Below, piece by piece: positions 47,357 to 56,947 of a DNA stretch of 64,000 nt. This stretch comes from Raoultibacter sp. (GTDB lineage: Bacteria > Actinomycetota > Coriobacteriia > Coriobacteriales > Eggerthellaceae): assembly GCA_036651575.1 (NCBI GenBank), contig JAVVXN010000003.1:9766-73765 (forward strand). Direction: 5' to 3'. A model generated the notes under the pieces. It was not told the DNA's origin. It saw nothing but the letters and a program-made list of their open reading frames with translations, and did not search any database. The position numbers were made by a program, and so were the translations under genes. Each line of letters begins with the position of its first letter. Within the stretch, counting starts at the first letter, position 1.

Positions 47357-48886
47357 ATGGCGCGCTTTGAAAGTTCTATGAAAAACCTGGCGGTTGCCTG
47401 GGGAGGTCAGCTCGTGTCCGTTTTGCTGGCTTTTGTGGCACGCGGTGTTTTCGCACAACAGCTCAGTATGGAATATATGGGACTGGAGAATTTGTTTTCC
47501 AACGTATTGACCATTCTTTCTTTGGCCGATCTTGGGGTGGGCAGTGCGGTTGTTTTTTCGTTATATGAACCGTTGGCTAAAAACGATACGGAAAAAGTTA
47601 AATCTTTAATGCGCTTCTTTAAGCGCGCCTATATTACCATCGGTATTGTCATCGCTGCCATCGGTTTTGGGCTTACCCCGTTTATCGATCTTCTGATCGC
47701 GGATGCTCCCAACATTCCCAACCTCGGTGTTTACTTTCTTTGCTTTGTGCTCAATACGGCTGTTTCCTACTTCTTCTCCTATAAGGGCTCTTTGATATAC
47801 GCCGATCAGAAAAATTACATCGTCTCGCTGTTTCAATATTCTTTTCAAATCATTATGTGTATCGCGCAGATCGCGGTGCTGTTTCTCACTCACAGCTATC
47901 TTCTTTTCTTGCTGTGCATGATAGCGTCGACGGTGCTCCAAAATGTCGGTATTGCGCACAAGGCCAATATGATGTTTCCTTACTTGAAGGATAAAAACGT
48001 AGAGCCACTCGACAAGGGGACTTTGTCGCTGATCGTCAAAAATACGTTTGCGTTGGTTTTGCACAAGATCGCCGGCATCGCCAGCGTGCCTGCAAGCAGT
48101 TTGATTATCAGTAAATTTGCGGGCATCAACGCAATTGCTATCTACGGCAACTACATGCTGATCATTAATTCTTTGTCGCGGATACTCGATAAAACGTTTG
48201 ACGCGGTAACTGCCAGTGTGGGGAACTTGGGTGCGCAGGAGTCGGGCGAGCGGCAATACGAGGTATTTAAGATAAGTTTTTTTATCAATGCTTTTTTGTA
48301 TACCGTCGTTTGTTCGGTTTTGTTTTGCTGCTTCAATCCCCTGGTTTTTCTGTGGCTCGGGCAGGATTACCTGTTTCCAACGCTCACGGTTTGTCTTTTG
48401 ACGATATGGCTCTACGTTAAGGGTATGCGTTCTGCAGAACAATCATTCACCTCGGCATATGGGCTCTACTGGTTTTCTTGGTACAAAGCCGTTGTTGAAA
48501 CTATCAGCTTGCTGGGGCTCTCGCTTGCCCTTGTCCAGGTTGCGGGTATTGACGGCGTTATTCTTTCCGGCGTCGTGTCTTTGCTGCTGATCGCTACGAC
48601 TATGGAAGTGTGGGTACTCTACAAGCATGGATTTAAAAGAAGTCCGAAAGACTATTTTATAAAATTGGGCATCTATTCGCTGTTGACTCTTATCCTGACT
48701 TCTTTATCGTATTGTGCGTGCATGCTCATTCCCGGTTCAGGGGTGATTTCATTGCTGCTGAAGGGGGTTGTTTCTCTGACGATAGCAATGGGGGGATTTT
48801 GTCTTGTATTCAGGAAAAGTCACGAGTTTTCCGAGTTTGTAATCTTGCTGCATCGGGCATGTTCCCTGGTTAAGCGAAAGAAATAG
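47357..48886 (+). CDS. wzx: Wzx-type (MOP superfamily) oligosaccharide flippase
   Basis: 509 aa with about 12-14 TM helices. The N-terminal sequence 'NLAVAWGGQLVSVLLAFVARGVF' is typical of polysaccharide flippases. Confidence 0.75.
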   Translation: MARFESSMKNLAVAWGGQLVSVLLAFVARGVFAQQLSMEYMGLENLFSNVLTILSLADLGVGSAVVFSLYEPLAKNDTEKVKSLMRFFKRAYITIGIVIAAIGFGLTPFIDLLIADAPNIPNLGVYFLCFVLNTAVSYFFSYKGSLIYADQKNYIVSLFQYSFQIIMCIAQIAVLFLTHSYLLFLLCMIASTVLQNVGIAHKANMMFPYLKDKNVEPLDKGTLSLIVKNTFALVLHKIAGIASVPASSLIISKFAGINAIAIYGNYMLIINSLSRILDKTFDAVTASVGNLGAQESGERQYEVFKISFFINAFLYTVVCSVLFCCFNPLVFLWLGQDYLFPTLTVCLLTIWLYVKGMRSAEQSFTSAYGLYWFSWYKAVVETISLLGLSLALVQVAGIDGVILSGVVSLLLIATTMEVWVLYKHGFKRSPKDYFIKLGIYSLLTLILTSLSYCACMLIPGSGVISLLLKGVVSLTIAMGGFCLVFRKSHEFSEFVILLHRACSLVKRKK

Positions 48887-49283
48887 GACAGGAAGCTTTT
48901 GAGTGCGCGGGGATGTTTTGGTTGTAGAGAAATTCAAAATGGTGAAGATAACGTCACCGATCACGAAAAATAAAAGAAGCGACGTGTTGGTGGTTTCTTG
49001 ATCGGGTCCCGGTGGGATTGTGGCGTGAAGGGATCTTCTATTCTTGGGTTAGAATATTATGCGCTCGTGAATCTTGTTTTCTTTTCAGGAATAAAATATG
49101 GTTCATGAGGTATGGTAGAATGCAGATATTCGTCTTTTATCAGAGTGTAATACGGCTGTCGATCGTTCACGTCTGCGATAGTCTGAGAAGTGATAGAGCG
49201 AAAGGGTCTTTGAGAAAGTTTTATTTTCTTGAGGAAAAAACTGCTTGTTTTATAGGGAGGAACAAACCGAAGGTGATGCTTCC

Positions 49284-50306
49284 GTGACGGACGTTATTGA
49301 CAAAATACAGAACGATGCGAAGGGCAGTGAGGAAAATCCTCTCATTTCCGTTGTTGTTCCTGTTTATAACGTCGAAAAGTATCTCGATAGGTGCGTGCAC
49401 TCCATTGTTTCCCAAACATTTAAATCCCTTGAAATTATTCTCGTCGACGATGGCGCACGCGACGAAAGCGGCATCATGTGCGATACCTGGAAGACAAAAG
49501 ATGATCGTATCCGGGTCATTCATAAAGAAAATGGCGGTTTGAGTGACGCTCGCAACGCGGGAGTTGCAATAGCTCGCGCACCGTATGTTGGATTCGTCGA
49601 TAGTGATGACTATATCGCGCCGACGATGTATGAGGTGCTCTACGAAAGCCTCGTAAAAGAAAACGCCGACATTGCTCTTTGCGGGGTGCTTGACCAGTAC
49701 GTCGATAGGTCAGAGGCACCCAGTGCGATTGCTTATTCGGTCATGACACCCGAAGAGGTGTTGTCAGACATTTTTCTCAACAAAACCTTGATGGTGGGGG
49801 TGCCTCCGCGCTTGTGCTCTCTGGAACTTATGAAAGAAGTTCCCTTTCCGGTTGGAAAAATTCACGAAGATGCTTTTACGGTCGTTGACGTTTTTTCGCG
49901 GGTGCATAAGATCGTCGTCGACACACACCCGCTGTATGTGTATTGTCATAATGAAGGAACCATCACCTCCGCTTCATACAATCCGGCATCGATGGACAAT
50001 ATTGAAGCATGGGAATACTGTCGCCGTGAAGTGGAGAAGAAATATCCCGCTTTGATCCCGGATGTCATGTTCCGGTGTTACTGGGCGCATTTCGATGTCC
50101 TTGACGGCATGGTGCTCGCGGGCAAAGACGTTGACCGCGAAAACGAGGAAATGATCATCGATTATTTCCAGCAACACTACCAAGATATCGTTCATCATCC
50201 CGATATAAGCTGGTTGAGAAAAAGCGCTCTCAGGGCTTTGATGATCCATCGCTCTCTGTATCGTCTACTCGTTATTCTTCAGCGTAAACGAATACATTTA
50301 AACTGA
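49284..50306 (+). CDS. GT2 glycosyltransferase, paralogue of 45217-46194
   Basis: 'ISVVVPVYNVEKYL', 'ILVDDGARDES', 'IRVIHKENGGLSDARN' and 'VDSDD' are collinear with the first GT2. The start could be GTG 49284 or TTG 49245. Confidence 0.8.
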   Translation: MTDVIDKIQNDAKGSEENPLISVVVPVYNVEKYLDRCVHSIVSQTFKSLEIILVDDGARDESGIMCDTWKTKDDRIRVIHKENGGLSDARNAGVAIARAPYVGFVDSDDYIAPTMYEVLYESLVKENADIALCGVLDQYVDRSEAPSAIAYSVMTPEEVLSDIFLNKTLMVGVPPRLCSLELMKEVPFPVGKIHEDAFTVVDVFSRVHKIVVDTHPLYVYCHNEGTITSASYNPASMDNIEAWEYCRREVEKKYPALIPDVMFRCYWAHFDVLDGMVLAGKDVDRENEEMIIDYFQQHYQDIVHHPDISWLRKSALRALMIHRSLYRLLVILQRKRIHLN

Positions 50307-50325
50307 TCGATTGGGGCGAACCGTC

Positions 50326-51456
50326 ATGGATCCGAGATCTGGCTTTACCGCTGATCGTGTTGTACGAGTAGCTCTGTTTGTCTCTTCTTTGCAGGATATG
50401 GGCGGTGCTATCCGTGCTGCCGTACTGCTGTCTAATCGTTTATGCGACGATTTTCACGTTACCCTCATTGAGCTTGAACGCCACGATTACCAGGTGTTTT
50501 CGCTTGATGAACGGGTTGAGGTTGTTTCTTTGAACGTGAGTGCACCGCGCTTGCGCCAAAGGATCACCGAGGCATTTTCGCCGCTTTCCCGCTGTCTTTC
50601 CGATCGGCATATCGAGGTACTTTTGGGTGTTGGACTCGATGAAACGGTTGCAGCGATTGGACCCTGCAAAAAAACCCGAACAAAACTGATCTTTTGCGAC
50701 CATGGAGCTTTGGTAAATCAAATGGACGACAAGCTGACCACTCTTTTGAGGGCGGTTTGTGCGATCGGCTGTCAGAAGACGGTAGTTCTCACGCAGCAAA
50801 CAAAAGAAGATTATCATCGTATCTTTCGGGTGAATTCAAAAAAAATCATCCGTATTCCCAACTGGATACCGCGTGCGTTGCTTGAAAACGCCCGCACCTA
50901 CGATGTCGCTTCAAAAAAAATTCTCTGGGCTGGTCGTCTCGACAAAGAAAAAGGAATCGACCTCTTATTCGAGGTGGCACGACGCGTTTTGACGGAGTTT
51001 GACGACTGGACGTGGGATGTGTATGGCGAAGTTGTTCTCAATACGGGAGACTTTAACCTTGAACATGAAATTGAGCGAGCGGGCCTCCAGGAGCGCTTCC
51101 GTCTTTTAGGGCGCGTCGATGACCTCTATGAACGTTATGCTGCGTATGCCATCGGAACACTTACGTCTTATCGTGAAGGCCTTCCGTTGTTTCTTCTTGA
51201 GGGCAAGGCGTGTGGCCTTCCTTTGATTTCTTTTGATGTAAACACGGGGCCGCGAGATATTATTGTCGATGGTGTCGATGGATTTCTTATTCCGCCCTAC
51301 GATTGCGATGCGTATGCGCAGAAATTGCGCTTGCTGATGGGGGACTGCGCCTTGCGACAGGAAATGTCTGAGGCGACCCGTGACGCGGTTGACGTTTTTT
51401 CCGAAGATGCCGTCTACGCCCTCTGGTTTGGTTTGATACGAGAAACGGCTCTTTGA
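50326..51456 (+). CDS. GT4 glycosyltransferase, paralogue of 46211-47308
   Basis: 'TSYREGLPLFLLEGKACGLPLISFDVNTGPRDII'. It is collinear with the first GT4 along its whole length. Confidence 0.85.
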   Translation: MDPRSGFTADRVVRVALFVSSLQDMGGAIRAAVLLSNRLCDDFHVTLIELERHDYQVFSLDERVEVVSLNVSAPRLRQRITEAFSPLSRCLSDRHIEVLLGVGLDETVAAIGPCKKTRTKLIFCDHGALVNQMDDKLTTLLRAVCAIGCQKTVVLTQQTKEDYHRIFRVNSKKIIRIPNWIPRALLENARTYDVASKKILWAGRLDKEKGIDLLFEVARRVLTEFDDWTWDVYGEVVLNTGDFNLEHEIERAGLQERFRLLGRVDDLYERYAAYAIGTLTSYREGLPLFLLEGKACGLPLISFDVNTGPRDIIVDGVDGFLIPPYDCDAYAQKLRLLMGDCALRQEMSEATRDAVDVFSEDAVYALWFGLIRETAL

Positions 51457-51742
51457 CGCGGCGGCATTGTCTTCGTTTGACGGATCTTAAGGGGAGCGTT
51501 TTTCTTGCGCGATTTTTGACCCGCAGGGATTAAGGCTGTGCGTTTGCGCGGCGTCGATGCCGTTGAATATGCTGTTTTTGGTCTTTTGAAAAAAGACATG
51601 CACAAACTTTAATTCTCGCCAAAATAAAGAGCAAAATCACTACTGATAATCTGTTGTTTATTTTGCTACCATGGATCCCAGTAAATGAGATGGGATCCAT
51701 AAAAAAATGGAGACTAAATCAGGGAAAACCAATCCCGTCTCA

Positions 51743-51795
51743 GGAGAAAGCCCCCGATGGATCATTCGGGGCTTTCTCCTGCGGTCTTTCTTTGT
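51743..51795 (+). terminator. candidate terminator hairpin in the 3' region of the glycan locus
   Basis: GGAGAAAGCCCC (51743-51754) pairs with GGGGCTTTCTCC (51768-51779), followed by the U-rich 'TGCGGTCTTTCTTTG'. Confidence 0.45.
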
Positions 51796-51935
51796 GGAAG
51801 CCCTCTCCCCCTTACGGAAACGGGCTATAATGATCTTTCACGTGAGTGGCGAACAAGCTATCGTCACAATCACGAATTCTGATGGGCGTTTACGGAAAGC
51901 CACCAAAGAATACGTCACTACCTCGTTTGAATTTT

Positions 51936-51951
51936 AGAATACCGGTATTCT
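51936..51951. promoter_or_regulatory. perfect 16-bp palindrome AGAATACCGGTATTCT upstream of polA
   Basis: Read directly, 48 bp upstream of the polA ATG and ~105 bp downstream of a perfect TATAAT hexamer at 51826-51831. Confidence 0.3.
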
Positions 51952-51998
51952 GTGCGGTTGTTCCCGCTGATTTTGCTGTTTGAAAGGGCGTTTGCTTG

Positions 51999-54626
51999 AT
52001 GTCAAAAAAAATTGCGGTAATTGACGGTAATTCGTTGATGCATCGTGCGTATCATGCAGTGCCTCCTTCCATGAATGCTCCCGATGGAACGCCGACCAAT
52101 GCGGTTTTCGGCTTTATGTCGATGCTGCTCAAGTTTATTGAAACGTCTCATCCCACCGCGATTATTTGTGCGTTTGATGCGGGACGTCCCGCATTTCGCA
52201 TGGAAGCGCTCAAGGAATACAAAGCACAGCGTCCTCCCATGGACGATGATTTGAAGGTGCAATTTCCTCTGATTGAAACTTTACTCCAATCGATGAACAT
52301 ACCGGTTGTGCGCATCAAGGGCTGGGAGGGCGATGATATCTTGGGTACCGTTGCCGCGCGCGACGAGGCTCTTGGCTACGAAACGTTGCTGGTGACAGGC
52401 GATAAGGATGCCTATCAGCTGGCAAGCAAACTGACCCAGATCGTCACCACGAAAAAAGGTATCACCGATGTGGCTCTCTACGGTCCCGAACAGGTGTTTG
52501 AGCGCTATGGAGTGCATCCCGAGCAAGTGCCGGACTTTTTGGGTCTTAAGGGGGATCCTTCCGACAACATCCCGGGCGTTCCCGGTATCGGAGAAAAAAC
52601 CGCCGCAAAGCTGCTGCAAGCCTACGGTACCCTCGAGGGACTCTACGAAAACCTCGATAAGCTGAAGGGGAAGCAGCTTGAAAACGTACGCAACAATAAG
52701 CATGAAGCGTTTGCGAGTCGCAAGGTTGCAACGATTGTAAAAGATCTTGATTTCCCTCTCGATTTAGAAGGGGTGCACTTCCCTGATTTTAAGGAAGACC
52801 ACGTTACCGAGGGTTTTCAAAAGCTGCGCTTCAATGCTCATCTTGCCAAAGTTCTTGCCCTGATCGGCAAAGAAGCAGTTCGCGCCGAAGCCCGGGTTGA
52901 GGTGGGTGCGGTTGTGCAGGGTAAAGAAGCTTTTGATTTCATCTCTTCCGCGCTCGTCTCCGATCAGGTGCTGGGAGTCGCTTTTGAAAAAACCGCTCAG
53001 GCATCCCTGTTTGAATCCTCCATCCGTATTGCGGTCAATGCGGGGGCAACGACCGCATTGTTTGCTGGAGATGAAGCGCAGCGCCTGCTTGCCCGGATCG
53101 TGCGAGAGGGCACGTTCGTCACGCTTGAGGCCAAGCGATTGCTGCAGGTTGTCTACCCGCCCGATACCGCACAAGAAGCGCTTATATCGGATTCTGAGCT
53201 CTTCGGGGCCCGCCTGTTTGATTTGAGCCTTGCGGGCTATGTTCTCAATTCCTCTACTCCGGAATACACGCTTGACACCCTGCTTGATTCGTATTGCGGC
53301 GGGGGATTGCCGGATGCTCAGGGCAATCAAGAGGTTCTGGTTTTGCAGGCGGTGGCCACAAGTGAGTTGCGAGAACCCCTGCGCGATGCTTTGCGGGAAG
53401 AGGGGGCTCTTGAAGCCTACGAAAGTATCGATGCGCCTCTCGTGGCGGTATTGACCGCTATCGAGAGGACGGGTGCCGCTCTCGATGTGCACCGACTGGC
53501 TGAGTTGAGCACGCTGACGGCAGAAAAGCTTGAAGATACGCGCACTAAAATCTACGAGCTTGCGGGGGAGGAGTTTAACATCGATTCACCGCGACAGCTG
53601 GGACGTATTTTGTTTGAAGTTATCGGGCTGACTCCCCTCAAAAAAAATCAGCGGGGATACTCAACCGACGCAAGCGTCTTGCGGGAACTTTCGAGCCGTC
53701 ACGAACTGCCCGCTCTCATTCTTCACTATCGCGAACTAGCTAAAATGAAGTCGACATACCTCGATGCTTTGCCGCGCATGTGCGGAGATGACGGACGCGT
53801 GCACACCACCTTCAACGAGACCGTAACGACAACTGGGCGCCTTTCGTCCTCCGAACCAAACCTGCAAAATATTCCCGTGCGTACCAGTTTTGGTCGTCAG
53901 ATACGGGAGTGCTTTGTGCCGCTCGTGGCGGGGGATAAGTTTTTATCGGCCGATTATTCACAGATCGAATTGAGGCTTTTGGCTCATTTGTCGATGGATA
54001 AGGGTTTGATTGAGGCATTTCGCTCGGGCGCTGATTTCCATGCGCAAACCGCTTCGCGCGTATTTGGTTTGCCGGTCGACGAAATTACCCCTGAACTGCG
54101 CAGTCGCGCCAAGGCGGTCAACTTCGGTATCGTGTACGGACAGCAGGCCTACGGTCTTGCGCAAAGCCTGGGGATCTCTTTCGGTGAGGCGAAAGAGATG
54201 ATAGATCGTTATTTTTCCGCGTATCCAGGCGTGCGAACGTATCTTGATCGGACGATTGAGGATGCGCGACAGGCGGGATTTGCGACCACGATGTTTGGTC
54301 GCAAGCGCCATATTGCAGAAATCAAATCCGCAAATGGCAATACGCGCGCGTTCGGTGAGCGTACCGCGATGAATCATCCCATGCAGGGTAGTGCCGCCGA
54401 CATCATCAAACTTGCCATGACCGAAGTTGCCCGGCGGATGCTCGTAGAAGGATTCAATGCGAAGCTTTTGTTGCAAGTTCATGACGAACTGGACTTTTCT
54501 GTTCCCGCGGACGAAATCGACCAAGTTTCTGCTATGGTGAAAGATGTTATGGAAAACGTGGTACAGTTGCACGTGCCGCTCGATGTGAGCATATCGTTTG
54601 GCGATAATTGGGCTGAGGCGCATTAG
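51999..54626 (+). CDS. polA: DNA polymerase I
   Basis: 5'-nuclease motif 'GDKDAYQL', and polymerase motifs 'LSADYSQIELRLLAH', 'RSRAKAVNFGIVYGQ' and 'LLLQVHDELDF'. Confidence 0.95.
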   Translation: MSKKIAVIDGNSLMHRAYHAVPPSMNAPDGTPTNAVFGFMSMLLKFIETSHPTAIICAFDAGRPAFRMEALKEYKAQRPPMDDDLKVQFPLIETLLQSMNIPVVRIKGWEGDDILGTVAARDEALGYETLLVTGDKDAYQLASKLTQIVTTKKGITDVALYGPEQVFERYGVHPEQVPDFLGLKGDPSDNIPGVPGIGEKTAAKLLQAYGTLEGLYENLDKLKGKQLENVRNNKHEAFASRKVATIVKDLDFPLDLEGVHFPDFKEDHVTEGFQKLRFNAHLAKVLALIGKEAVRAEARVEVGAVVQGKEAFDFISSALVSDQVLGVAFEKTAQASLFESSIRIAVNAGATTALFAGDEAQRLLARIVREGTFVTLEAKRLLQVVYPPDTAQEALISDSELFGARLFDLSLAGYVLNSSTPEYTLDTLLDSYCGGGLPDAQGNQEVLVLQAVATSELREPLRDALREEGALEAYESIDAPLVAVLTAIERTGAALDVHRLAELSTLTAEKLEDTRTKIYELAGEEFNIDSPRQLGRILFEVIGLTPLKKNQRGYSTDASVLRELSSRHELPALILHYRELAKMKSTYLDALPRMCGDDGRVHTTFNETVTTTGRLSSSEPNLQNIPVRTSFGRQIRECFVPLVAGDKFLSADYSQIELRLLAHLSMDKGLIEAFRSGADFHAQTASRVFGLPVDEITPELRSRAKAVNFGIVYGQQAYGLAQSLGISFGEAKEMIDRYFSAYPGVRTYLDRTIEDARQAGFATTMFGRKRHIAEIKSANGNTRAFGERTAMNHPMQGSAADIIKLAMTEVARRMLVEGFNAKLLLQVHDELDFSVPADEIDQVSAMVKDVMENVVQLHVPLDVSISFGDNWAEAH

Positions 54627-54705
54627 GGGTTTTGCCCGATATGTCCACTATTGCGAACGCGGCGAATAGATATTGTGTAACTTGCTAAATTGCTCGGCTA
54701 TCTTA

Positions 54706-54734
54706 TTGACTTAGGACTGCTACGCTGATAAGAT
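54706..54734 (+). promoter_or_regulatory. candidate sigma-70-type promoter of rplU-rpmA
   Basis: TTGACT (54706-54711), a 17-nt spacer, then TAAGAT (54729-54734), ~37 bp upstream of the rplU ATG. Confidence 0.4.
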
Positions 54735-54770
54735 ATCGCCTTGCGTTTTGACACATTCAAGGAGAATTTC

Positions 54771-55190
54771 ATGTATGCGATTGTAAAAACTGGCGGCAAG
54801 CAGTATAAGGTTGCCCCTGGAGACATCCTAGAGATCGAAAAGCTCAACTATGAGCCCGGCGAAAAGGTCGCGCTTGACGCTATCTGCATCGTCGACGGCG
54901 AAAAAGTTGAAGCCGATCCGACTGCGGCAGCAATGACCAAGGTCGAAGCTATCGTTCTTGATCAATTCAAGGGCGAAAAACAGTTGGTCTTCAAGTTCAA
55001 GAAGCGTAAGAACTACAAGAAAATGCGCGGTCATCGTCAAAATTTGACCCGTGTTCGTATCGAAAGCGTCGGTTCCGCCAAGGCACCGGCCGCTAAAACT
55101 GCCGCCAAGAAGCAGGCCGCCAAATCTGAGACCGCGACTGAAAAGTCCGCTGTCAAGGATACGGCAGTCAAAGCTGCAGACGCCGAATAA
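54771..55190 (+). CDS. rplU: 50S ribosomal protein L21 with an Ala/Lys-rich C-terminal extension
   Basis: 'MYAIVKTGGKQYKV'. The L21 core of ~103 aa is followed by '..AKAPAAKTAAKKQAAKSETATEKSAVKDTAVKAADAE'. Confidence 0.9.
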   Translation: MYAIVKTGGKQYKVAPGDILEIEKLNYEPGEKVALDAICIVDGEKVEADPTAAAMTKVEAIVLDQFKGEKQLVFKFKKRKNYKKMRGHRQNLTRVRIESVGSAKAPAAKTAAKKQAAKSETATEKSAVKDTAVKAADAE

Positions 55191-55209
55191 ACGTAGGGGA
55201 GGGATTTAG

Positions 55210-55461
55210 ATGGCACATAAGAAAGGTCTCGGTTCAAGCCGAAACGGTCGCGACTCTAACGCTCAACGATTGGGCGTCAAGCGTTTTGGCGGCGAATCTG
55301 TTATCACGGGCAACATCTTAGTTCGTCAGCGTGGCACTCATTTTCATCCGGGTGACAATGTTGGACGTGGCAAAGATGATACTTTGTTTGCTCTGTGCGA
55401 TGGCACCGTGGAATTCACTAAGGGTAATCGCCGCAAGGTGCATGTTCGCCCGGTAGCATAG
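55210..55461 (+). CDS. rpmA: 50S ribosomal protein L27
   Basis: '[24 protein letters not shown]'. There is no Firmicutes-type N-terminal propeptide. Confidence 0.95.
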   Translation: MAHKKGLGSSRNGRDSNAQRLGVKRFGGESVITGNILVRQRGTHFHPGDNVGRGKDDTLFALCDGTVEFTKGNRRKVHVRPVA

Positions 55462-55470
55462 TCGGGTTGA

Positions 55471-56931
<1,461 letters not shown>

Positions 56932-56947
56932 AAATAGGGTGCCTGTC

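Noticed and set aside
48887-49283. A pseudogene or remnant ORF (49012..49287) in the wzx-GT2 spacer.
   Set aside because: The translation has no similarity to the neighbouring GT, Wzx or LicD families and no RBS. The region is better explained as an AT-rich regulatory spacer.
50848-50920. A8/T8 homopolymer tracts in envelope genes as phase-variation switches. They occur at 24288-24295, 29575-29582, 36189-36196, 50848-50855 and 50913-50920.
   Set aside because: - All are Lys (or Phe) codon runs.
- An identical A8 tract occurs at the start of polA (52004-52011).
- 8 nt is short for efficient slippage.
- I have no way to test enrichment here.
51671-51707. The 10-bp hairpin followed by A7 as an intrinsic terminator.
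   Set aside because: The homopolymer run is A on the plus strand, and on the minus strand it precedes the hairpin. Neither orientation therefore gives a hairpin followed by a U-tract.
51707-51937. The 76-aa ORF in the polA upstream region.
   Set aside because: - No Shine-Dalgarno sequence precedes it.
- The ORF runs straight through a stable GC hairpin.
- The translation has no recognisable features.
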